The position numbers and the translations under genes are program-made. Of a stretch of DNA of 64,000 bases, positions 1-21,216 are shown one piece after another. The notes beneath the pieces were generated by a model that saw only the letters and a list, made by a program, of their open reading frames with translations, did not search any database and was not told where the DNA came from. Location: the NCBI GenBank assembly GCA_030704615.1, contig CM060733.1, positions 46,004,001-46,068,000 of the forward strand, written 5' to 3'. The DNA is from Takakia lepidozioides. Its lineage: Eukaryota > Plantae > Bryophyta. How positions within the stretch are numbered: position 1 is the first letter of the stretch; each line of letters starts with the position of its first letter.

Positions 1-114
1 ATTTTCTTGTACTCTGCTTTCCTTTGTCACTTATGCTCTTTTGAGCTTTGCTTCTGTCTTTCTATGTGGGTGCATAGAACTTGACACCAACTTGGGAGGT
101 GCTGCACTGTGCAG

Positions 115-693
115 CCAAATTGCTACACAAAAATCATAACTGTGGAGGGGCAGAAAAAGGTGGTCATCTATTCAAAGCGTCAAATTTCAACTGGTGAGGA
201 GCTCACTTATGACTACAAGTTTCCTTTAGAGGAAAAGAAAATTCCCTGCCACTGTGGTGCAGCCAGGTATTACCCAAAATTCTGGGTATACTTATCATTG
301 GTCGAATGACTTTGTTTCTGTTGTGCCTGCCATCCGCTTCTCTTTCTCTGGTAAAAACAGCTTAATCTGGGCAGTTACCCTGGTTTCCAATAAGTAGCAG
401 TAATGTTCACTGATATCTCAGTAAGCCACCAGATGGGTGTTTTTAAAACCACTGTATGCCTTTTAAGCCACTCATTATTTTCCCAGTCGTTGAGTGGTTC
501 AACAGTATGAGTGCTAACTGGTTTTCTCTTTCAGTGGTTCTGCAATAGTATCTTTTCCTTGTGATTGTGAAACAGGTTGGCAAATTTGTTAGGCAGATAG
601 ACCAGTACAACATTTTGTTTGTCTTTTTGGTTATGGTATTGACTTTGGGGGAAGTCCTTGGACTGTGACAGATGTCGAGGCTCACTGAACTAG
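115..693 (+). CDS. ATXR7: 3' end (last two exons, 115-266 and 672-693) of a SET1/ATXR7-type histone H3K4 methyltransferase
   Basis: The exon after an AG acceptor reads [53 protein letters not shown] donor at 267 splices to cag|ATGTCGAGGCTCACTGAACTAG, giving RCRGSLN*. This is the SET C-terminus plus post-SET CxC...CRGSLN typical of SET1/ATXR7. Confidence 0.88.
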
Positions 694-1489
694 TGAAGCT
701 ATTTTTTTCCTCTGTGCTTTGCTGTAATCTGCAATCAAGATCGAGGTGGTTTGTGAAAAAGTAAGTCTTGAACAAGTAGTTGTGATTGAGAGAGAACTAT
801 CACTGGTCTGGGTTAAATGCAAATGGGCCTATGTTTATGGTTTACTGAGCATGAGTGGGCATATAGCCTTGCCAACTTGGGCTCCTAGGAGGAACCCAGT
901 GGAAGTTAGTGCCTGCAGATATCTGCCCCCCTCTTTGCAAATAGGTAAACAAAATTGTTCTTTCTTTGGTTTGCAGGTTATTAATTGGACATGAATCTTG
1001 ACCGTCAACAAATCGTTTTAACATTATGATTGTCATAAAGCATGATGTTGGGGAGCTATGAACTAAGCCCCTTTCTACTGCTGGGGAAATATGCCAAGCA
1101 TACCACATCGATGGACTAGGAGAACTCTATTTATTGTTGAGGTCAGAAGTGATAAGGACCTTCAAGGGGGAGGGAATCCTAGTTGGAAAGTTATTATGGC
1201 ACAATACAGACAAGATTTATGAGTAGAAAAAATAAAAATAAAAATTTGGCCACAACATGATGGAGGTACAAAAAATGGTTTTAACACACAAATTTTTATT
1301 CAATAGTAAGAGTTGGTTTGTAAGCATACTTTTGCTTCCCAAGACAACATCTTTGACTTGCTGCCCCTTGACTCCTTAAGGCAACAATTAGGCACCTCAA
1401 AGTACTTGGTATGGATAATCATCACCAAACAATAATGGTCGAAATTCTTAATAATAGAGGATCCCTTCTTAAGATGGCAAGTCTAAAAG

Positions 1490-1901
1490 ATGGTGGATAA
1501 GGATGAAAGAAAAATCAGGTTTAGAAAGGCGAGTAGACCTACCATGTGGGCTAAATTCAAACGAGTATTCATGAAACAATATATGCTAAAGGATTATGCA
1601 CACATGATGAAGGTGAGATTAATGAAGCTTAGTCAGGGAAGGATGTGTGGTAGACTACATGGTGAAATTCAATGAGTGTGCTTCATATTTCTATTCCTTG
1701 AAAGAGTCTAATCGGGTGGATTTCTTATTGACTGGGCTATATAAGGCAATCGGGTTTTTGGTTCAGGCATACAATCCAAAGACAGAGGCTGATGCATATA
1801 GATTAGCCATCAACTTTGAAAGTCAGCACATGGCGCATTTGGGCACAAGTTCAGCCACTGAGAGGAATTTCAAGCCAAAGTCAAGCAGTCACAATTTTTA
1901 A
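1490..1901 (+). mobile_element. Degenerate Ty3/gypsy gag (retrotrans_gag) fragment
   Basis: Frameshifted ORFs TMWAKFKRVFMKQY...LMKLSQG / VDYMVKFNECA...FLLTGL...YNPKTEADAYRLA match the gag W..F...F / L.Q...V.DY..KF pattern. Confidence 0.7.
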
Positions 1902-3049
1902 TCTTAAAACTTTGCAAATAAGTGCAAGCTGCAGTTGGAGGAGGTTGGGACCAGCACCATTTTACTACCCAATGGAGATAAAAGATCTACCAACAGCATG
2001 AGTTTGGAGGTCCCTATCATGATGCAGGGGGTCACTACTGAGGTGATATAACTTGTCGTATTGTCAACTTCGCACCCATGTGTTCCACGAGTGGAAACTC
2101 TCAGGACTTACCAACCCCTGGTGTACCCCTGTATATCACTGATATCCATGTAGGATTGAATTGAAAGTACTCCACTTTCGCCTCCAAAAGGCTTTGGAAG
2201 TAGGGTCTGGAGAATAATAGTGTGGAGAAAATGTCAAGGTTTAAGCCAAAATACACCATGAGGCGACGTAATGACGTAGTTGGCAACTGCATTGATAATT
2301 TCTGCTTTTATCTAGGGTTCTAATAAGCAACGCACGAACTGAGTCATGAGTCGTGGGATGTGTGTCCGCCAATTGTTGATGTGGTAATAACACTAGAAGA
2401 CATGTGTACAACAAACGACACACTAATGCCGTAAATTAATGAAGGACTGCTCACATGTCCTAATCCTAACGCATGTAACACCGCGTTGAAATTTGGAGAG
2501 TAAAGACTTCTCAAAACCTACCAAATGGCAGGAAGACTGCCACCGTATCGGAAGAGCAAATCAAGCAGCCTAAGCAAGTGAAAAAAGTTTCAAACGCAGT
2601 TGTAAAGCATCATCTGTAACTTGAAGGACAACATCAACCTATGGATTATGAAGAGGAGCAAACCTCAAAAGAGGGTTGGAGTATATCACAAAAGTTCCTG
2701 GCTCCAAGGAAGCTAGAAGCAGATGTGAGAAACCTAAGATTAAAGTTAATGGTAAGCTAACTGAGGTGGCCTTTAGCATAAAAAAGCTCATCCATTCTCA
2801 ACCTTGTTTTGAGTTCCAATGGAGCATTCTATTTGCAAACAACAAAAAACTTTCTAGACTCTCAGTGACTCTCTCCGAACCCAAGGTCGAGCAAGTCACA
2901 AGCATCCAAGTATTGAAGAGAAAGCAAACAAGACTGTAATCTGGTGTGAAGTCGGTTGTGTTTTTGTTGTGACTGGACCTTTCCTGTGTCAAAACATTCT
3001 CGCTAGATATCTGAAGGTCCATTTCTCTTGTGTGTGCTTGTACAAGTTC

Positions 3050-3263
3050 GTATATCAGTCAGTGGGAATCCGAAGGCCCCCAAGTCGAAAAAGATTTCCA
3101 AAGACATAATGAACAAACTCCGTCGTACTTACGGGGTCAAAGAATTCAAGGGAAAGTATGGCGCCTATGATAGGGAAAAGAGCCTACTTATTAGTGGACC
3201 ACTCAATTTCAACGACCAAGTGTTTCCAATGGTCCTCGATGACGAACGTCGCCCTTCCTTCAG
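3050..3263 (+). pseudogene. Argonaute N-terminal (ArgoN) exon fragment
   Basis: KKISKDIMNKLRRTYGVKEFKGKYGAYDREKSLLISGPLNFNDQVFPMVLDD resembles the AGO 'AYDGEKSLFT.G.L.....F.V.LD' motif and is followed by a GT donor (cag|gttagt). Confidence 0.72.
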
Positions 3264-3552
3264 GTTAGTCAATGCGGAAAGGATTAAGGGTTTTGTCCTT
3301 GTCATGCATAATGACACCAATTCTCTGACATGGTTTTTGTGGTTGTCTTGGGGGTTTGGTGTGAAGGCTTGGAGATCGTAGGGAACACTTGGCTGTTGAA
3401 AGTGAGAGGACCACTAGTAAACAAACTCTTCTCCCTATCCTAAGCACGATGCCTTTCCCCTAAATTCTTTGGTGTGAAGGCCTAGAGACCCTAAACTTAG
3501 TTATGGGTGTGCTTGGGCAAAGTTGGTTGTTTTGTTTTTTATTTCAAAGCTA

Positions 3553-3650
3553 TCAAGACCGGGCTATGGGGATAAAGGGAGGCCGGTGAAGTTGGAGTGC
3601 AACTACTTCGAAACCAAATTGACCAACCAAGAGGACGTCTACCACTGGAC
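3553..3650 (+). pseudogene. Argonaute N-terminal fragment (RPGYG motif)
   Basis: Manual translation gives SRPGYGDKGRPVKLECNYFETKLTNQEDVYHW, the canonical AGO 'RPG.G..GR...L..N.F......D..HY' start of ArgoN. A stop follows shortly after. Confidence 0.75.
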
Positions 3651-5140
3651 GTCCTATCATATTGACCTCAAACCCTAACGACTAAACCCCAAAGATCTTA
3701 AGCTCTTTCCCATAGAACTTCCGAGCTAGATACTCCAGCAACCACAAAAATTCATCAAGATCGTTAGGCTCTAAATCAGAGAGATTACCGGGCATGTTCT
3801 GTGTGCATTTCTTTCCTATGCTTTAACTACTTGATGGCAGCAAGAGTTATGAGGAAGAGCACAAAATGAAAAAGATAAAAAAGCCCTAGGGAGAGAGGAG
3901 CACCTGAAGGCTTGCTAGTCCGGATAAGTTCCCTCGAAGTGAGTGTGATCTGGTCCAAGAACTAATCTTGAAAATACTCCATTCGCTCCTCCTCAGTCAC
4001 TTTGAGGAGAGCAACGTTGAGTCCTTACCAAAAAGAAGCTGCTTCAGCATTTGCCTCGCCTCTTTCCAATTATGGACCGGTTTCATCGCACTTTCGGCTA
4101 GAGCCTCTTCAGTTGGAGTCTCAGTCTCAGGCTTCTTTTTTTCATCTTTTTTCTCTTGGGCGCACCCTCGAGAGTGGCTTCCACCTGTGTTCAACTCTAT
4201 GCCTTCGACCACCACCTTTGCAATTTCAGTAGCCTCCTGAGACTCTTGGTTGTTGCGTCTTCTTGCCTTTTCTTCCCATGCATGCACTTCCCCTGAACCC
4301 CACAACTTCTCTGTCCACAATTTCACAAGACGATCGACGTCTAAACGGTCACCACAGACTACAGTCATCAACAAGAACACATCCGTCTGCACACACACAA
4401 ACACTGAAGGCTGTGTATACTTGCTCCTGCTGATTCGCGATGGCCGCACCTTCGAAAAGACACTCCCAAACCCTAAACCCGGCAAATAAACGAGCCCTGC
4501 GCTCACTAGGGTCAAGTTACCTCCCCATGCTTTTGCTACTTAACTCACAAAGTACTCGGTTGAGCAACCTGCGAAGCTCAAAGAATCTGCCATACTAAAG
4601 CACCTGCCAACAACATATACAAATTCAGACGATGATTTGTCAGTTCAATTCCGACTGGTGATCGATTGGGACAATTCAGCCTGCTGATCAACTACAGACA
4701 ATTATGATGAATTTCGGGAGCGTTCTGCTTAAAAATCATGTTAGTTGAGATGTGACGAGACAAGGAGAAAAGAGACAGAAATTACCGAGTACCTGAACAA
4801 AAGTCTTGGTTTGAAAGGTTAAGTACCGAATGTTGATTGTCAACAACAAGCCATCAAGTAAGGCGAAAGAGTCTGATGGGTACTCTCAGTGGAGATCTGC
4901 GCAGGCGTCCGAGATTAGACAGAAGAAGCTTGGTCTTAGATTAGGAGGATAAAACAGGTTTAGGTCTGATTGTGTTAGGTCGACACCCTTTTCAAAAGGG
5001 GAGCAAAGTTGTGTTCCCCTCTCATTCTTTCTTCCTTGCTGGAGTCTATTGACACTGGGACTGGAAGGGGTGATGCAGGAGAGATTGCGAGGGTGCAGGC
5101 TGATTTGATCGTTGAGTTGCAGGAGGTGGAGGTGGTAAGA

Positions 5141-13947
<8,807 letters not shown>

Positions 13948-15758
13948 AAAGAGGGATGCATTGGTTGTGATGTATAAATTGATTGTTTATTGGCTGTACA
14001 AGCATTTTAGACAGCATTTTCCAAGGTCGTCTGTGCAACTGAAGTCTCTGTTGTTAGTACTGTCACTGTAGTTGGGAATCCTGATAATTATTTTGCTGTA
14101 TCTACAGCTTTACACCTTAGGCCATGAAGGAAAGATTTTGCATCACTTTTCAAAGGTCACCCTCGACTGTCACAGGCACTGCTGTGTGTTCTTTGGATTT
14201 TCAGGGGCATTTGCCTGGAGGATTGAGTTTGCAGTTGCACCCTGTTGCAGCCACTTGGGCTCCACATGACAGCTTTACTAACCCTCAATGAGCATTTCAA
14301 ATTCAACCAGTCAAGGCACCAAACAAGCAGAATGTCTAGTATGCGTGTCCTCTTATGGGGCAGCTCTCATTAGTCTGCTCTTGACCCGCATCCCAGTTCA
14401 GAATGGGGTTTGCCTACAGAAAGGGATCCCATACACAGCAAACTTCTTCTTGTTCTGTGCAGAACAATATGAATGGATTGGATTGTTATCATCTTTCTTG
14501 AACTCATTACAAACACAGTTGCTGGAGTAAAAGACCTCAAGTGATGAATTTCGATCCAACAAATGGACAGGCTCCACTGAAACTGTCTGTCTTCCTGGGT
14601 AGATTCCTCGGTAGAGACTTGGGCTGGGCTTAAACACTGGGGCGAAGTGTTTGAATACTTGGCGGCTGCCTTAGATCCTCAATCTACTGATTTCCCTCAG
14701 GGAAGAAGTAGAGAGGAAGGAGGGTTATGTGTGTAAAGCCTCTCATTTTTTGAATAATTGGGAATTTAAGGCGCCAGGCAGAGGGCCCATGCACGGACGT
14801 CGGGCGCCCCCGCGACCACCCGGAGGGACCGGGTTTGCTCGCAGGTCGGGTCTGTTGGCAGGTCGGGTCTGTTGACGGTCGGGTCAGGTCCGCTCACCGC
14901 TCACTGCTCGCAGGTCGGGTCTCCTCGCGGGTCTTGGGTCCAACTGAATGGTCTACTCGTCGCGCCTGGTCTGCTCGTCGTGCCGCAGCCCGCTCGCGGG
15001 ACTTAGAAATTTTTGCGGGAAGACTCGCCCATCAAAAAAAAGGTCATTAATACACATGCAGCGCTAGCCGAAACCATCATTAATACACATTTGGCGCAAC
15101 CAAATTTGAACTCACAATCTCATAGGTGCAACTCTGTGCACCCAACCACCACACTACCCACTGCTTGCTAATACCCCAACATTTTTTTTCTCTTAACCTA
15201 GAAAACAGCCGCAGTCAACCCCAATGCCGCCTAGGGTCAGGGCCTGCGGACCCTACCTCGCGACAGACCCACCCGAGCTGAGTCTCGCCTAGGGTCAAGG
15301 CCTGTGGACCCTACCTAGCGGCAGACCCACCCGGGCCGAGTCTCGCGGCAGACCATACCTGGGGCAGACTGTCGCGGCCCTTTGCCTTGAGGGCAGGGGG
15401 TCGGGTCGCAGAGGGGCTGCCCCTGTGGTGGGGGCGGTGGCAGCAATAGGTACGGGGGGCTGAAGCAACCTCAAGTGCCCAAGGCACTCGAGGAGGCGGA
15501 GGCACTCACTAGGTGGAGCCCCGCACACCAGGTTGCGGTGGGGGTGGCTCCACAAGGGGTGGTGGTAGCTTAGTGGGACTTAGTGGGGGTGGCATAGGAC
15601 TCACCATGGGGGCGGAGACCTTGTGGTGGGAGTCGTGGGGAGTCTTGGGACTCATCACGGTCCAAGTGGACCGTGGTGGGTGGGCCAAGACTCACCGCGA
15701 CTCATCACCGGGAATCAAGGGTTTTCGTGGTGGTTCGCCATAAAATGGTGGTGTTGTT

Positions 15759-16108
15759 TGTGAAACCCCCGCGGACAGTCACAGAAGTATATATGGGAAG
15801 CAGTAACCCCGAGAACGGTGCAAGCCCGTTGGTGTCCAAAAACTAGTGAGTAAGCGTGCGAGCCGGAAAACGACCAAGGTGTGGGGAGCTATTCCGGATT
15901 GCCATCGACCAAAAGGAATTTCCACTAGGCCCAAATTGGGAGAGGGTCTAGTGGAGGAGTAAAGGGGGACCGTTATGCCCCGGTGAGCAACCGAAGCTCC
16001 GAGTTGGCCCAGCGGCCAGTTTGGGAGTTAGGCGCGCGCATGAAGTGAGTAACTATGACTTGAAGGGGAGCTTACAGAAGTGAGGTGCGCGACACTTGGT
16101 ATCAGAGC
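15759..16108 (+). mobile_element. Putative LTR followed by an initiator-Met tRNA primer-binding site (truncated LTR retroelement)
   Basis: A TG...CA segment (15759-16094) is followed after 2 nt by TGGTATCAGAGC (16097-16108), the canonical tRNA-iMet PBS. The LTR left boundary is tentative. Confidence 0.55.
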
Positions 16109-16109
16109 T

Positions 16110-16411
16110 TACAAGCACGAGCTCACAAATCTGAAGCATAAACTCATGCATATATAACCTCATCACTCAAATACAAGTCAAGCCAAGTGCACCCCACGCC
16201 ATTGGGAATCCACACTACGGCGCCATAGCTAGGCGCGGTGAGGCTCAACTCGAGAAAGATGAGCCTCCCGCGCTTGCCATGAAGATAACCACTCCAGGGC
16301 CTAAATCTACCTTGATCCCTGGATTGACACTTGGGCCAATCCCAAATGTCAATATGTAAAAAGCTAGCTATTTCCTAGCTAGTTTCACACTAGTGGTAAA
16401 ATAACTTGACA
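16110..16411. mobile_element. Partial LTR (family A) that truncates the element-1 transposase
   Basis: Nearly identical to 62055-62355 and related to 50993-51346. It ends TTGACA exactly where the transposase frame (DDADAEIN) breaks. Confidence 0.8.
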
Positions 16412-17914
16412 TTGATTTCTGCGTCTGCATCGTCGACAACAAAAGCATTTGGCCTCCAATCTGGTTTGTTCTGAAGAAGTCGGTCGCGAAGACGTTTCAT
16501 CCAGGAGCTCAAGTCAGTCGTTTTATTTCTCGCTGATATAATATAAGCAACAGGTATGCCGTTGAGCCATTCGTCGAACACCATCATGGTATACATTGGG
16601 AACTGCAATGTCGCAATGGTACAAAAATGAATAAGGTGAGTGTTGTAATATTGGAAACAGTTGCATGACACTCATATTTTAGAATGCAATGAAAGGTAAA
16701 GGGTGACACAAATACCTTATTTTCGTTGGTCCCAAATGTTGCATCGCAGGATACCACACGGTTGTGTCCCAGGTCGATCATTTTCTGTTTTTGCCACTCC
16801 GTTTGTATTTCAATCACGAACTTCAAATCACCCGCCACTGGTGCTGTCTCTTCATGGTAGAAGAAGACGCTTTCAGGATTGCTATCGACCCACATATGTA
16901 CATTTTGTGTATCATCTGGATGTTTTTTGTAACTCTCAATCGCAAGCTTGTCGGCAATGTTTCTCACGTCGTACTCGAATAAGAAACAATCGCGACTCCA
17001 CTCCATGCCTGGCTGAGTTGCACAAGCTTCCTGGAGTTGTTGAGTGTGTTGTGTCATAATCATAGCTGGAGATAGGCCACTGCGAAGACTATCGACGATC
17101 CACTGTTTCATATCTTGGCTGAGACGAGGGGCATGCACGAATTGTGTGAAATGGGAAGAGGGGTCAGCTGAACCATGACATGGCTTTCTTTTTGCATCCA
17201 CATGCTGTTTCTGGAAGTATGTGATGATTGCCAACTCTGGATCTAGAAAACACCGGCCAACTTTGAAGCTATACGTACACCCACGTTTGTATGACTCTCC
17301 GAAATCCGCTGCCTTATGTCTGATTCGCTTGACTGGTTTTTGATTATCAGAGGCTGCTATCGGTTTTTCTTTCTTCTTCACAATCGGCGGGTCCGTACGC
17401 CTATCTACCGGGCCGTAGCAGCAGTGGTACCTACAAAGAAAGTATACAAAGCGAGGAGGGTTATCGCCAGATACGACTTTGCTAGGCCAGCAGAAAGAAG
17501 TGGGGCTGGGAATGTTATACAACCCTCGTAAGTGACTTACTTATGCCACTGACGATAACTGTTTGCACGCGTTGTTGTCAGATCTGACAACTTACGGTAC
17601 CTTCGATCTTGAGCATAAAATTGGGTCTTCCCATCCACTCTACTCCTTTCTCCCTCCAGAAAATTAGGAATGCGAGACCATGGAACGACAGCTACTTTGA
17701 TGGATATCCGTTTCCCTTTTCCCTGGGAAACCTGGCGTATCCAACGGAGGTTTGTGTGATTGAAAAGCCCGTCTATGGGCAGCTGTAAGATGCATTTCAA
17801 ATGAGATATCAAATGCTGCAAATGACAGAGTTCTCCCGCCTCGTTTTTCAAACCTTTTGATTCCAATGTTGCTTTGCATTCCTCGTCTAGCATCTTCGCG
17901 GCAGCACACGCCAT
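16412..17914 (-). pseudogene. 3'-truncated MULE-type transposase of the SWIM-zinc-finger family resembling Arabidopsis At1g60560/At4g13970
   Basis: Three exons: VAVVPWSRIPNFLEGE; YHCCYGP...KRGCTYSFKV...HVD....CHG...IQTEWQKQKM...DATFGTN; FPMYTMMVFD...PVAYIIS...FVVDDADAE. Two catalytic Asp regions are present. The C-terminus (catalytic Glu, SWIM) is lost at the LTR insertion. Confidence 0.8.
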
Positions 17915-18169
17915 TACCGGCAACAGTACCACCAATACAATACAAATCGCAGAACATACACGGGCAACGCAACGGAGCCCTCGGGACCGCACGACGTCTG
18001 CGCACCTGGTGAAAATGACGCACGATGATGGAGTTATACGTGGGTTTTAATGTCACCGAATCGTGTAACCCAGGTTTGAATTCAAAATATCTAACACCTC
18101 TCAGAGTCTGCCAATTTTTGCCGGACACCAAGGGGCTACACGGACAGAGGTGACATGCGTTGGGGATAA

Positions 18170-19995
18170 AAGATGGGGTGACACGAGCTAGGAGTGACAC
18201 GATCGGGGATTACACGGAGGGGATTGACACGTATCGGGATTACATGGTGGACAATGTGAGAGTTACACAATGCGGGTTACACGAGGCGGAGTTACAAGGG
18301 CTGACGTGTAGAGGGTTACAGGGATGATGGGTTTACACGAGGAACTGGAGTTACACGGAGAGGGGTACATGGGATAACATGATACAAGCTTGCATTGGGG
18401 TTACACGATGCTGGTTACATATGGTGGGGATTACATGGGATCACATAATGGGAGGGTTACATGATGCGGGATAACATGGAGTGAGGGTTACACCCCGCGG
18501 AGTAACAGAGGGTTACATGGGGTACAAAGGGTTACAGAGAGTCATGGGGTTACATGGGTTACGGAGGGTTACATGGGTTATAGAGGGTCACAGAGGTTAC
18601 ATAGGGGTGAAGGTGACACTCTGCGGTGTTACAGAGGGTTACATGGTGGTGAGTGTTACAGAGGGTCACAGAGGGTTACATGGGTTACAAAAGGTTACAG
18701 AGGGTTACATGGAGTGAGGGTTACATAGGGGTGAGGGTGATACTCTGCGGTGTTACAGAGGGATACACATGTTACAGAGGGTTACATGGTGGTGAGGGTT
18801 ACAGAGGATCACAGAGGGTTACATGGGGATGAGGGTGACACTCTGCGGTGTTACAGAGGGTTATATGGTGATGAGGGTTACACCTGGTGAGGGTTACAGA
18901 GTGTTGTTACAGATGGTTACATGGGTTACAGAGGATTACATGGTGGTGAGGGTTACACCTGGTGAGGGTTATAGAGGGTCACAGAGGGTTACATGGAGTG
19001 AGGGTTAAATGGGGGTGAGGGTGACACTCTGCGGTGTTACAGAGGGTTACATGGTGGTGAGGGTTACAGAGGGTTACATGGAGTGAGGGTTACATAGGGG
19101 TGAGGGTGACACTCAGCGGTGTTACAGAGGGTTACATGGTGGTGAGGGTTACAGGGGATTAGAGGGGGTTACAGGTGAGGGTTACAGAGGGTTATGGGGT
19201 TACATGGGTTAAGATTACATGGGTTGCAAAATTTTATAGAGGATTACATGGAGTGAGGGTTACATAGGGGTGGGGTGACACTCTACGGTGTTACAGAGGG
19301 ATACACGGGTTACAGAGGGTTACATGGTGGTGAGGGTTACACCTGGTGAGGGTTACAGAGGGTCACAGAGGGTTACATGGAGTGAGGGTTACATGGGGGT
19401 AAGGGTGACACTCTACGGTGTTACAGAGGGTTACATGGGTTACAGAGGGTTACATGGTGGTGAGGGTTACACCTGATGAGGGTTACAGAGGGTTACATAG
19501 GGATTAGGGTGACACTCTGCGGTGTTATAGAGGGTTACATGGTGGTGAGGGTTATAGAGGGTTACAGAGGGTTACATGGAGTGAGGGTTACATGGGGGTG
19601 AGGGTGACACTGCGGTGTTACAGAGGGTTACACCTGGTGAGGGTTACAGAGGGTTACATGGAGTGAGGTTACATAGGGGTGAGGGTGACACTCTGTGGTG
19701 GGATTACATGGGTTACAGAGGGTTACTTGGTGGTGAGGGTCACAGGGGTTACAGGTGAGGGTTACATGTTGAGGGTTACAGAGGGTCATGGGGTTACAGC
19801 GGGTTATATGGGTTAAGAAGGTCAGAGAGGATTACATGGGCTACAAAGTTTTATAGAGGGTTACATGGAATGAGGGTTACATAGGGGTGGGGGTGACACT
19901 CTGCGGTGTTACATAGGGTTACACCTGGTGAGGGTTACATAGGGTCATGGGGTTACATGGGTTACAGGGGGTTACATGGTGGTTAGTGGTTACAA
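18170..19995 (+). repeat. G-rich minisatellite built on (GA)GGGTTACA with higher-order subunits
   Basis: Many copies of gagggttaca/gggttacatg interleaved with gggtgacactctgcggtgttaca and cacctggtga. Strongly strand-asymmetric. Confidence 0.95.
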
Positions 19996-20302
19996 GCGGA
20001 CTGGTGTCGTAGAACGACGACGCCCCCACGACATGCCGGGGGCGACGACGCCGATGGGATGATTGCGGGGGTGGGGAGGGATTGACCAAGCCCAGCCGGC
20101 TGCCTTTCGATGGCTGCCGGAGGCGGAGAACCGGCGGTACGGGGTGTCAGGGCTGGACCGTCCTGACGCGCTCGCATTAAGTTCTTACATTATTCCTATT
20201 ATCTTCCGTGTGTAAATCTATTTTGATACTGGAGGAATTGGGGGAAAAGGATCTGGCAGCTAGCAAGGCAGCGGAGAGGGAAGGAGAGCGAAGGAAGGAG
20301 AT

Positions 20303-21216
20303 ATGTCGAAGGTGCATTGGAAGGATTTGGGGAAGGCAATGTTGAAAGCGTATGCCGTCATTGGATTCTGCTGGTGGTGGAACGAAACATCGCCTCTGGG
20401 CTGGTGGAACTTGAAACCTCGCATTGGGGTCTCTCTCTCTCTCTCTCTCTCTCGCACAAAACACACACAGCATGCAGTACGGACGTCAAACGATGCACAA
20501 AATGCAAATTGATTCCATGTGTAATTTGGAGTGTGTTGCGTGCTACTTCTTTTTCCTCGTCCTTTTTCTCCCACTCGCACGGTGCCTGCCCTGTCATCTA
20601 TACAGTCACATCACTCTGAGAAGAGGGCGACAGTAGCAGTGCTATCTACTTAGCACGGCATCAGTGTCAGCCCTTAAAACATCTGTGGATTACCTGTAAG
20701 GACTTCTGGTTGCTGAGCTGCGATTGCCATGGGAATGTTTTATTAATGTCAGGGCACGGTATTGTTTGCAACCCCACAAATTGCTGGTTTCTGGCAATAC
20801 TATTCTTCGGAACCACATGTCACAAGGATTAGGATACATCATCTCTTAGTCTCCCTCTCTCCCCGGGGACCTGTGCCCTGTCTAGGCCCCTGGTGATCTC
20901 TGTAAACTGGCCGCGGTGGTCCCTGACATGCGTTTCTTTTGAGCAGGATTACAAAGAGATGGAGAAGTTGTATCAGCACAGAGTGTTTCCATATCCAGGT
21001 GACGAGGAGGCAGTCAAAAGGTTTATTGAAGAGGGTGGTGCATATGGTACTACCATTGGGCCCAGGGATGTGAGGAAGAAAGCAGGGGATGATTTTGTTG
21101 CACATCGGCAGAAGGAAACATTTCAAAGAGAAGCTGATAAGCTTTGGATTCGAATGCAGAATGAAGTTTTGCGGGAGTTCCATGAGCAAGGCTATACTGT
21201 GAATGAAGGCGAATGA
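20303..21216 (+). CDS. Small conserved plant protein of unknown function (two exons, 20303-20428 and 20947-21216)
   Basis: A GT-AG intron joins MSKVHWKDLGK...PLGWWNLKPRIG to DYKEMEKLYQHRVFPYPGDEEAVKRFIEEGGAYGTTIGP...ADKLWIRMQNEV. I recall the FPYPGDEEA / GT.IGP / KLW.RM.NEV motifs from an uncharacterised plant family. Confidence 0.75.

Larger units (their letters stand above)
14738..20207 (-). mobile_element. Non-TIR Mutator-like element (element 1) with 9-bp TSD
   Basis: GTGTGTAAA is duplicated at 14729-14737 and 20208-20216. The ends are G...C with only weak inverted similarity (GAATAATTGGGAATTTAAGGCG vs reverse-complement GAATAATGTAAGAACTTAATGCG). It contains a MULE transposase and a minisatellite. 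Confidence 0.85.

Noticed and set aside
3997-4515. 172-aa minus-strand charged ORF head-to-head with PRP16
   Set aside because: Possibly a gene or transposon fragment, but I cannot support any family assignment or exon structure.
15230-15745. Pro-rich minus-strand frame with ~55-bp direct repeats
   Set aside because: Interrupted by stops; it could be a gag N-terminus or a MULE accessory remnant and cannot be assigned.
18170-19995. True or interstitial telomere
   Set aside because: It is not TTTAGGG/TTAGGG tandem, has complex subunits, and lies inside a TSD-bounded transposon.
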